Shown in pieces: positions 54,529 through 64,000 of a stretch of DNA of 64,000 nt (positions are counted from its first letter, which is position 1; every line of letters starts with the position of its first letter). Both the position numbers and the translations under genes were made by a program. Source of the DNA: Microthyrium microscopicum (Eukaryota); the NCBI GenBank assembly GCA_010405405.1, contig MU004232.1, forward strand, positions 1,135,481-1,199,480, given 5' to 3'. The notes under the pieces are model-generated. The model did not search any database, had not been told where the DNA came from, and was given only the letters and a program-made list of their open reading frames with translations.

Positions 54529-55950
54529 CTACAAGAAATAATCCGCGGCCGGCTTCTTCGCAGGCATCCCTCTAGAATCCTGCGGTGCAGCCTCAAACAC
54601 GCGATATCTTCTTCCAGGCCCAATCCGCTCCCAGGATTCCGGCCTTCTCTTGTACTCGTCCGGACCCTGGGCCGGCGTTGCGCCTGCCACTGCGCCTCGC
54701 GAATACCCATTCGCGCCCCCGTCTTCAAACAGTTCCAGTATACTGGCTACATTGCCACAGCGATAGCAGTAGTTAGGAGCGCTCCAGACAGTCACAATAC
54801 GAGCTTCGAACATCTCCTTGAAGCCTTCCATCACGAGTTGATGTGCGCGCGCAATGAGCGAGAGGTCGTTCCGCTGGTTGAACATCTTAACTATATCCTG
54901 GCCAAACAAGAACCCTGCGCCACGCGGACTTAAGCCCCAGCCGTCTATTTCGTCGGGGTCGCTCCAGAGAAGATCGCACATCGCGCCTTCGTGTGGGACT
55001 TCCTGTTTTCGGTCGAGCAGGCGGATCTTATCGATTGTCTCGACCAGTGGAGACAGGCCACCGTGAACGCAGAAGACAGCACCGCTCTCGGTGGATGAGC
55101 CATGGGCTGAGCCAGAGGCGGAAGTTCCAGGTGCGCCGTTGCGATCGGGTGTGGAGCTGGAGCGGGTGACGGGTGAAGATTGGAGGACCTGGGAGTCGGT
55201 GTGGATGTAATTGTCTCGGCGAATCCGACTAACGTGTTGAGTTTTCTCATTTACTATTTCAATTTCAACATCTTCATCGGATCTAATACTGGTGGAGTCG
55301 GAGAGAGCTGTTGTAGGGTCCAGGTCGAGTTGTGTAGTGGCACCGACGACTAAAGCTCCAAGTGCTAGATAGTCGAATACATCGCAGCAATATCGCCATA
55401 CATTGGCACTGCCGTATTTACGCATGCATTCATCGTAGAAACCATACACGGTGGTAATCTGGCGGGATTCGTGATTGCCCCGAATAAGTGTTATGCGATC
55501 TGGGTATCGTACTTTAAGGCATAGGAGGAGGAGGAATGATTCAAGAGAGTAAAATCCGCGGTCGACAAAGTCGCCTGTAATGTGTCAGCTTAGGTCCACC
55601 TAGTCAATCAGGAGACAAACCCATGAATAGATAATTGGTTTCTGGAACGTCACCGCCGACTCGAAACAGTTCCATTAGGTCGTGGAATTGCCCATGAATA
55701 TCGCCACATATCTACGAACGTTAGTTGGCGCAAAACGTAGGTAAGATGCGTAGAACATGCTGTAACTGGCGCATTCACAATGACCACATTTCCCTCCATT
55801 ATTAAAAGCTCGCGTGCTTTGTAACATACTTCTCTAACCTGGGCCTCTGGAATCGGGCGACAGGCCCGAAGCTGGGTAATTGCTCTGGTTCCGTTAGTCT
55901 CATACTTCCACATGGGATAGGACCCAGAAGTACCTGTCCAAGTCACTCAT
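54529..55950 (-). CDS. PPH3: Ser/Thr protein phosphatase 4 catalytic subunit
   Basis: [35 protein letters not shown] segment and C-terminal [22 protein letters not shown] matching PP4; three introns. Confidence 0.88.
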
Positions 55951-56565
55951 GGCGACAAGGTTGGTCGCAAGGACCAGAAATTTCGCAACAAAGGCGCTCG
56001 ATCAATTTTAAGTGTGGGTATGGCCTGTGAATACAGAAGTTGACGTGGTGAAGCAGCCCGAGCTTGTGCTTTAGCTGAGAATGAACCAACTACGTAGCTA
56101 ATGGTTTGTAAGAGTGTAATGTGAGGGGCGAATATGAATGGATGGAGTATGACTTTGGTAAATACAATGACGAAAACACTGGTACTGTTTTTGAGAATTG
56201 GATACCTAGGTATAGACAACGTCGAATATAAACACGAGAAGACGAAGAAGATGTTTAAGAGTTCAGCTCTAGAAAGGTGGGAGGCAAGAGCGATCCGCGG
56301 CCTGCACGTATTATTGCCGCGCGCCTGCTCTGACCAATCGCTGGGCAAGAACGCCTATCAAAATTCAACCTCATGCGAAGCCATCTTCATAGACTACGAC
56401 AATTCTCACACAGCTCAATCCAGTTCCGCAACTCCAGAAAGTGCTCAGAGTAAGCTCAATCTACTCAATTGAAATACTCAATGCTGACTTGGTAGTGGAG
56501 ATTACACAAAATGTACCATAGGCACACAACTTAGCTCTGTCACCGCCAGAACTCCGCGAGGAGCC

Positions 56566-56952
56566 ATGCCTCCAGCTCTACACCCTCGATCTCGCACCAC
56601 CCTCACTCTCTTTACCACAACACTTGCCCTCTCCTTCGCGGTGGTCGGACTACCCCACATACTACCATGCCCCGTTCCTCATAACAAACGCATGTACGCA
56701 GATGGCGAAATGCCAGGTCGAAGGAGGAAGAGGAAACCTCAGGAAGGAGAAACCCAGAGCGGCAAGACGGGCGAAAGAAACATACAAGAAACAATACCAG
56801 AAAGAGAATGCCCAGTGCCTAAACCTACAGGACTCGTGGGGCAGATTCTTGGATTTGAACAAAAGAACAAACCACTAGCTCCAATTGTAAAGGTAGAAGC
56901 ATACACAGGAAGGATACCCAAGGAGTCGAATTCTAAGAATAAGGAATCATAA
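56566..56952 (+). CDS. Small conserved fungal protein, COA2-like (possible cytochrome c oxidase assembly factor)
   Basis: MPPALHPRSR...LPHILPCPVP and RECPVPKPTGLVGQILGF motifs recalled from this family; probable 5'UTR intron near 56449-56495. Confidence 0.65.
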   Translation: MPPALHPRSRTTLTLFTTTLALSFAVVGLPHILPCPVPHNKRMYADGEMPGRRRKRKPQEGETQSGKTGERNIQETIPERECPVPKPTGLVGQILGFEQKNKPLAPIVKVEAYTGRIPKESNSKNKES

Positions 56953-57601
56953 CATTAACCAGACGTGGCCATGACCACGTTCTGTTGTACTATCAAGATC
57001 AAACAACACTTTCAAAGAAGATTTTTCTGGTACTGTGCTACTAACAACATATGGAAAATCCGAACATTGTGGATAAGCTGTCTACCAACCAACAGTCTCA
57101 ATCTTTTTTCGGAGAACTACAATCTACTACAGCGATACCGGAGGCTCACGCGGATGAAACGTTACAAAGAAGTAAAAATACCATGCTGGCCCTCTCGACC
57201 TCAAAGCTTCGTCCTTGACAGCTTATCGAAGTCACAGATGTGTTACACCAGTCAGCAACGACATGGTTCACGAACCCGCAAAACTCGTCGTACGAAATTC
57301 GCGAATAGAAGAATCTTATTGCATAACTGTTACTAGCAAGTAATAAAGAGCCTATCAGCGGTAAGGACAGACTTGTCAACCATCTCCATTTTCACACCTC
57401 ACCTCATCCCCACAACTTCGTATACAAAATGAAGAAATACAACGAAGAAGAAATCATGGCTGTACAACAGCCCTCACATGTTCCAATCGACCCAGCTATC
57501 GGCTGCACCCCAGTACCGTCCGCTTGCCATGCATATCCTCAAGAGCTAGGAAGACACGTGCGGTATTAGGTTTGCGCCGGCTCAACAATCGCCAGGCTCG
57601 C

Positions 57602-58381
57602 CTACTCTTCTTCGTAGTGCTTGACGGACCCAAGAGTTGTTCCTTCGTAGCTCTTCACAGATCCTAGAGGTGCTCCGTCAGTCGATGCCTCGTTGCGTCT
57701 GTAGTGATGATGATGGTGATGGTGGTGTCGACCACGATGATCTGCCGACGCATCCGAAGCGTCTGTAGCGTCTGTGGCATCAGTAGCTTCCGAGTTGGTC
57801 TCTGCTACATCGCGTCTGTAATGGTGTTTGTGAGGTTTGTGTGGATGGTGAGGGCCCTTCTTGTGTTCTTCAGAATCAACATCCGCGACATCTGCTTCGT
57901 CGCGCTTGTAGTGACCGTGGTGGGGCTTGTGGTGGGGCTTCTTCTTGTGCTCAGTCTCATCTACATCGCGTCTGTAATGGTGTTTGTGAGGTTTGTGCGA
58001 ATGGTGAGGAGGCTTCTTGTGCTCTTCTGCGTCGGTTTCGGCTACATCGCGTCTGTAATGGTGTTTGTGAGGTTTGTGTGGATGGTGCGGGCCCTTTTTG
58101 TGCTCTTCAGAGTCAACATCCGCAACATCTGCCTCGTCGCGCTTGTAGTGATGACCCTTGTGGGGCTTGTGAGGCTTGGGCTTGTGCTTGTGCTCAACCT
58201 CATCGACATCGCGTCTCCAGTGTCCATGGTGGTGGTGATGGTGGTGGCGTCCACGATAGTCTGCCGCGGCATCTGCGGCGACGTCTCGACGCTCAACGTC
58301 TGGGACGGCTACATCGGCCTCAGCAGGGGCGGCCAAGGCGCCGAGAGCAAAGAGAAGAACAGCTGGAAGAGCGATCTTCAT
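57602..58381 (-). CDS. Secreted Kex2-processed repeat protein (KEP): His-rich peptide precursor
   Basis: Signal peptide MKIALPAVLLFALGALA; eight KR/RR sites delimit seven acidic plus His/Lys/Pro-rich modules ending in Y or W; intronless; TATAAG on the minus strand near 58488. Confidence 0.9.
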   Translation of the reverse strand: MKIALPAVLLFALGALAAPAEADVAVPDVERRDVAADAAADYRGRHHHHHHHGHWRRDVDEVEHKHKPKPHKPHKGHHYKRDEADVADVDSEEHKKGPHHPHKPHKHHYRRDVAETDAEEHKKPPHHSHKPHKHHYRRDVDETEHKKKPHHKPHHGHYKRDEADVADVDSEEHKKGPHHPHKPHKHHYRRDVAETNSEATDATDATDASDASADHRGRHHHHHHHHYRRNEASTDGAPLGSVKSYEGTTLGSVKHYEEE

Positions 58382-60688
58382 GATGGTCGTTGATATCCGA
58401 ATGATTGATGAGTGTTTGGTTATTGCTCTGATCAGAAAGAGTGAGCTGGTTGAGAATATAATCCGGCGGGTCTGACTTGGTTCTTATAGACGTCAAGTCT
58501 ACGTTCTCCGAGGGAGCCTTTTGGTATCAATTCCGTTCCCAGCTTGCTAGAATACCCATCAAAGATGCTGTGTAAGCAGACGGCATTCACGTACCCGCCG
58601 CCGACTCTACTCGTTTCCAGGATTCTCCCACAACAATATCATTCAGCTGACGGTGACATCTCTTGAAGCGTCTCACGATGCACGGCTACGTACTTTGGAT
58701 CAGCATCAATACGTCTTGCCCATGAACGTATACAGACGTATCCGTGGTGCCGAAGCGAGAGTTCGTCGTGCAAAGACGGGTACAAGACTGACGAAATGCA
58801 AAACGTCTTCAACAAGGGGTATGGAAATGTCGGCACGCAATGTCGAAATATGCACCGACTGCTGACTTGTTGAGTTGATGACGAGAATTTGGGAAGGTTG
58901 GTTGGAGAGTATCCATTCGACAGGCGATATCAAAAGCATCTAAAAACGAATTTGTGGAGAAGCTGTTTCGCCTTTCAAGACTTATTGTTCTTCTTGGCAA
59001 AAGCTAGAGAACTTGAAAAGGCGCTGGAAGCAAAGACACGCGAAGATCGTATTGCTTAGGAAGGACGAAGTAACTTTGATGTTCTCTAGGTACTTGTCTT
59101 TGCAACACCGGCAGACAGGTTGATAGCTGTCGATTTCGTGCCACAGCATATGCCGTTGCAGCACCACTGATGAAGTGATGCAAAGAAGCTTACGGATGAT
59201 GCAAGAGAAAAGTTTGAAATGCAGGTACCTCTATCGTCCTGCTGTCAGAGTGCGTGAACTACAGGTTCTTCAGCAACGCGATTTCGATCTAGCTATACAG
59301 TTTTCAACCTCAAGGATCTCTTCCTACTCTGATAATGAGAATTTGAAACACCTTTGAAGAGACATGCTTCCATTTAATCTGAATACAAATTTGATTGATA
59401 CGATTCAGACAATCTATCATCAACAACTACTTCTCATTACGAAATCAAATGGTGTTTGCAGACACACCACATGCGCAGTGCATCTTCAAAACCATCTCTC
59501 CCGTAACACGAAAACTCCAACATCTCAGCATCAACCTCATATCCCTACAAATCCACCCAACGGACCTACCGTCCGTGATACTAACCTCAAAGACCAAGCA
59601 AAGTCTCCATTTTTTTGCTCATAGCTCATGTCAAGGTCGTCATGAGCTTGATCTCTCTGTGTATCTACCTCTCGTATTGGGGCAAACCTACAGAGCTGTG
59701 GAGACGATCGGTTTTCGGGAACACAAAGTGAGGAGAAATCATGTACCTAGACAAGCGCTGATGTAAGAACTGGATATAACAAATCGCAAAAACATCTCGA
59801 TCAACTGATGTTGCGATGTGGTTCTGTATCACGATGCGGCCACGAGCTTAGCCACGAGAGTTGAAGATTCGCCTTTTGAGGGGAAATGTTTCGAAATACA
59901 CGAGATTTAGTTCATTTTGCAGTGATACAGGACTGGAGAAATGCTAAATATAGAAGTGTTGGGTGTGTAGCGTTGTGGCTATCATAACTACTTGCTGATC
60001 TTTAGTGCTTGATAGAAGCTATAGCTGGGATGTGGAGAAAGAAGTGTTTGTCAATGGAGGTATATGGCAAATGGTCAGCATGCCTTGGTCATACCCTAAA
60101 TGGCTTATGGTTACGGATTGGACGGGATGTTATCAACAGTCTATTCATATTCACCATCTGCTCTACTTCTGGGAATATTGACGAGCTGGAGGTCAAGCCG
60201 AATAAGTTTGAGCTACTCAAGGCTACTATGTATTTACCTAGCTGTCGGGCAGAAAAGGTCCAGTGCGACTTCAGTGTAGCCGTTTCTCATACTCGAGTTC
60301 CAACGTGACAATGTATGCCTACGCGGAATGTGGGTCGTGGTTGGACTGCTCAGAACTCTTGGAATCGAAGATCAAGAAGTTATGATTTTCGAAGGACTTT
60401 TCTTTACGACAGACATGTTGCAAATACCGAGGGAAGAGGGCCAATTGAATACCTAGCGTTGTACTATAACCTGAGCAATTATTGCCCTACGCCATTTGGT
60501 CTCTCATCTATATTGAGAAGCTCGTTTTGAACCAGCAGTGTAATATGTTGAGAAATTATTCCGTCGGTTTGCCGAGACCGACACGAATAGCTTACAGCTT
60601 ACCTTAGCTAAGAATAAATCATAAATCTTTGACACTACTTCAAAAAGTGTTTGAAATCACCACGCTCATTACCAGAAGTGTACTCACC

Positions 60689-61432
60689 ATGGCACGCCTC
60701 ACTCTAGCGCTCTACGCGCTCCTCTCTGCCCTCAACCTCACATCCGCCGCAACAATCTACCTATGCGGCGACTCAACCATGGCCCGGGGCAACGGCAAAA
60801 TCGACGGCTGGGGCCAGCATCTCGGTCCTCTAATGACCATCCCCGTAGTCAACAAAGCCATCGGCGGACGCTCAGCACGCAGCTACACAGTAGAAAAGCG
60901 TTTCGATGAAGTCGCTTCCGCCGTAAAACCCGGAGACTACGTAGTAATTGAATTCGGACACAACGATGGCGGCGGGATCCAAAAGAACGACAATGGGCGC
61001 GCAGACTGTCCGGGTACGGGCAAGGAGACGTGCCAGACGACAAATGCAAAGGGGAATAGGGAGACGGTGTTGACGTTCCAGGCGTATTTGGTGAATGCGG
61101 GCAAGCAGATGATTGGGAAGGGGGCGAAGGTGGTGTTTAGTAGTATGACGCCGAATAATGTTTGTGAGGGTGGGAGTTGTAAATATAGTGGGAGTCGATT
61201 TGGGGATATGGCGAAGGCGGCTGCGAAGGAGGTGGGTGAGGGTGCTAGTTATGTGGATCATGGAGGCGCAACGGGGCAGGAGTATATTAAGATGGGGAGT
61301 TCGAAGGTAAATGCGCTGTTTCCGCAGGATCATACACATACATCTCCGGCTGGGGCCAAGGTGGTTGCAGAGACATTTGTGAAAGCAGTGGTGGCGGAGA
61401 GGAATGTGTTGGCTCAGTTTGTTAAGAAGTAA
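60689..61432 (+). CDS. Rhamnogalacturonan acetylesterase (CE12, SGNH/GDSL)
   Basis: Signal peptide; GDSTMA, NKAIGGRSARSY, EFGHNDGG and DHTHTSPAGA motifs. Confidence 0.93.
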   Translation: MARLTLALYALLSALNLTSAATIYLCGDSTMARGNGKIDGWGQHLGPLMTIPVVNKAIGGRSARSYTVEKRFDEVASAVKPGDYVVIEFGHNDGGGIQKNDNGRADCPGTGKETCQTTNAKGNRETVLTFQAYLVNAGKQMIGKGAKVVFSSMTPNNVCEGGSCKYSGSRFGDMAKAAAKEVGEGASYVDHGGATGQEYIKMGSSKVNALFPQDHTHTSPAGAKVVAETFVKAVVAERNVLAQFVKK

Positions 61433-62003
61433 TAGTTGGTAGATATAATGATATCTTGCACACACCTATATCAAGGACGACAGCGAGACAGAGTTAGAAA
61501 GGTTCTGGCCAATGTAAAATGGTGGAGTTCAAAGAATATGTGGTTGGTGGTTGGATCAAGATCTTTGACTCTTTTGGTGTTTGAAGATGCGCCATGTCGT
61601 CAATTGGCTGTCCTTTTTGCAGCAGCGTCTCCATCAATTATTCCAGCAGACAGACGCAGCCTTGGTTGTAATTCCCAAACCTGGTGCAAAGTTCCACTTG
61701 GATCTTGAGGTGGTTGGTGATGTTCGCATGCCAGAGGAGATGGCTGCATCCAAGATCCAAGAAAGTACAGGGCATGGGTGTTTCGGGCCAGTTATGTACC
61801 CTGTCACCAACCATTTCGACGTCATATTGCATTCGCGACACCAGACTTGTCCAAGTTCATGCCATTAAAGAACGTGGCTAGTTTTCTGCAAGACACCTAA
61901 GTATCCAGCCTGCTGTGTATCAGGTCAGCCAAAATATCCATATCATCTTCCAAGTCAACATCGTGGTCAAATCATCCAAGCCAAACATCACACAGCATAC
62001 ACA

Positions 62004-62905
62004 ATGGCAGCAGAGCATCAACCCCGCGAGAAAGCTCTCCATGAGTGAGCCCCATTCCCTGATCCTCAAGGTCCAGGTCAGAAACTAACCTTGACAATAG
62101 GCTCCTCTCCCACCACATGGTAGACATCTACGTCGGCTCCGAAAACACACACTGGATTCTCCATGAGAAACTCCTATGCGCCAAGTCAAAGTTCTTCAAC
62201 AAGATCTTCTATACCAAGCAAGTCAAGGGCCAATTCAACTCTGGCAGCAAGACCATTGGTTTCCCAGATGAGGAGGACGAACCATTCCGTCTTTTCGTCG
62301 GATGGCTATACTCTACTCGCGTGCCTGTACCAAAAGAGGAGAAGGATCTAGGTGATCTGTTCGACTTGTATCTCATGGGCGAGAAATGGCAGATTGCGAG
62401 TCTGATCAAGGACGTTCTTGATACTGTTCGCTGGTGGTACCGTACAACTGATACCTTCCCTGGACTGCGACGAGTGCAGTACGTGTATGCGAATACAGAC
62501 GACGACTCTCCCATGAGGCATCTATTGGTTAGCAGCGTCGCGCGCATGCTCGCTACCAGACCTGATATGCCCGGTCATTGGGATCGCGCACTGAAGAAGA
62601 ACGGACAGTTGGCAGTCGACATTCTCCGTGCCATTCAAGCGTGGAAGGTGGATCCAGAATCAATCCCAGACGCAAGAGAAGAGGCGCAAAAGCTTGAGAA
62701 AGAAAAGGTCAAGGTCGCTGAGGAGGCAGAGAAGAAACAAAAAGGCATCCCGAAGAATGAAATTGAAGAGAACGAGAGGAACGAGGAGCAAGACGCTGGA
62801 GCAGCCGCGGGAAAAGACGTTGAGAGTCTGGCCAATGGGGATGGTAAGCTAACGAATGGGGTTTCTGAACATGACGATGATGAGACGATGGTGAACAGCA
62901 ATTGA
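62004..62905 (+). CDS. BTB/POZ domain protein
   Basis: Exon 1 MAAEHQPREKALHE; intron 62045-62100; VDIYVG...WILHEKLLC...FRLFVGWLY; acidic tail. Confidence 0.88.
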
Positions 62906-63404
62906 TGTTGCGACTTGGCGCAAGTATTTCCTAGGATTTGGCAGGAGGCTTTCATGTTTGGAGTAAGTGGTGTCATTGCTCATGTAATAGTATGGCTGTT
63001 TAGGTTTATTTGATGGCTCTCAAGCGCTTTGCAATAAAATGTTGTTCCGCTCAGTCAAATCTTGATGTTTACTCTAGGCTGTGATCGTGAGTTCCGCCAA
63101 TGCAGTAAATACGCTCTCTCAAGCTGTAACGTTGGTGAACATTCAAAGGCCTCAATGATGCAGCCATAACTCGCAATCAAAGTAATTCATGCAATGAGAT
63201 GGATCTGCAAGCAATGATCTTGCAATGCTTGGTGGGAGAGGAGGCGAAGAATACGCTTGCCCAAAGAAGACTGAAAGTGGTGGTCAAAGCGCCATTCACG
63301 CGTCGCGCTCAAGACGCGTTCTCAGTCTCCTGGATCCATCCATCATTTCTGAATATCGACTGTCCCTCCATACTCCCCTCTCAATCATATACCAAATCGC
63401 CAAA

Positions 63405-64000
63405 ATGTCTTCGCTAGTTGATGCTATTATCGCTTCCGACATTCCTTCGAGCGCTCCACATGGCGGTTCCTCTCCACCACCACAATCTCGTCGACCAGCA
63501 ACATCATCGCGGGGCTTGCCTTCAGACAGCATTGGACCCCAAAGTGAGACAGGTCGTCTTCCCGATGATCAGGTTGTAGGAGCAAGAGGTACTGTTCGCA
63601 GACCTCGTGCGCCAGCAACAGATATCCCGAAAGTAGTCGATGAAATTGGAGAGCACATGGTGCAACAATTTGAGGATTTTCTAGAGACGTAAGTTACGTG
63701 TCTAGATAGCCTTCATTTCTAATGTATGACAGATTCGAAGAAGAACCATCGTCTTCAGCTATTCCCGCTTCCAGTGTTTCGAATACCAACAAGTACTATG
63801 TCGCGCAAATCCACGGTCTTGCGCATTATGGACTCTCAACTCTCTACGTGGATTACAGACATCTGAACAGCTTTGGCGAAAGCGTCGCTGCTGGTGCCAT
63901 CCTCAGAGAGTACTACCGATTCCAGCCATATCTCATTCGCGCCCTTCATAATGTGATTGCGAAGTATGAGCCAGCATATTTTCGCGAGCATCGACAACCA
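63405..64000 (+). CDS. MCM6: DNA replication licensing factor Mcm6 (5' partial)
   Basis: PKVVDEIGE...FEDFLE, an intron near 63689-63732, then KYYVAQIHGL...STLYVDYRHL...YYRFQPYL; runs off the window end. Confidence 0.88.

Noticed and set aside
57704..58393. 229-aa and 180-aa plus-strand ORFs
   Set aside because: Antisense shadows of the repetitive His-rich gene, which has the signal peptide and processing sites.
54529..62905. RiPP (dikaritin) biosynthetic cluster around the KEP
   Set aside because: Neighbours are PP4, COA2-like, CE12 and BTB genes; no DUF3328 HxxHC protein, tyrosinase or transporter is adjacent.

Overview
Gene-dense eukaryotic DNA from a filamentous ascomycete (short GT-AG introns with CTRAC branch sites; the species cannot be determined from this window). 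Conserved genes: PRP22, an OSCA/CSC1 channel, NBP35, RPL6, RPN13, YPT6/Rab6, PP4 catalytic subunit (PPH3), a COA2-like protein and the 5' part of MCM6. Accessory genes: an A1 aspartic protease, a TRI12-type MFS transporter, a GH43 galactanase, a CE12 esterase, F-box, BTB and CorA-like genes. Most notable: (1) a secreted Kex2-type repeat precursor (57602-58381) predicted to release seven acidic-then-His/Lys-rich peptides ending in Tyr/Trp; (2) three tandem micro-genes (316-2654) sharing a strictly spaced MC..CGH Cys/His scaffold, with a TA-flanked MITE and a minisatellite among them; (3) a small secreted protein with a stop-riddled tandem paralog missed by the ORF track; (4) an RPN13 intron with an 18-bp stem and an immediate in-frame stop; (5) a PRP22 apparently lacking its S1 domain; (6) a 68-aa spliced secreted Cys-rich peptide. 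No rRNA, tRNA or CRISPR was seen. Family names come from recognising motifs by eye, not from database searches; exon boundaries were read by hand.
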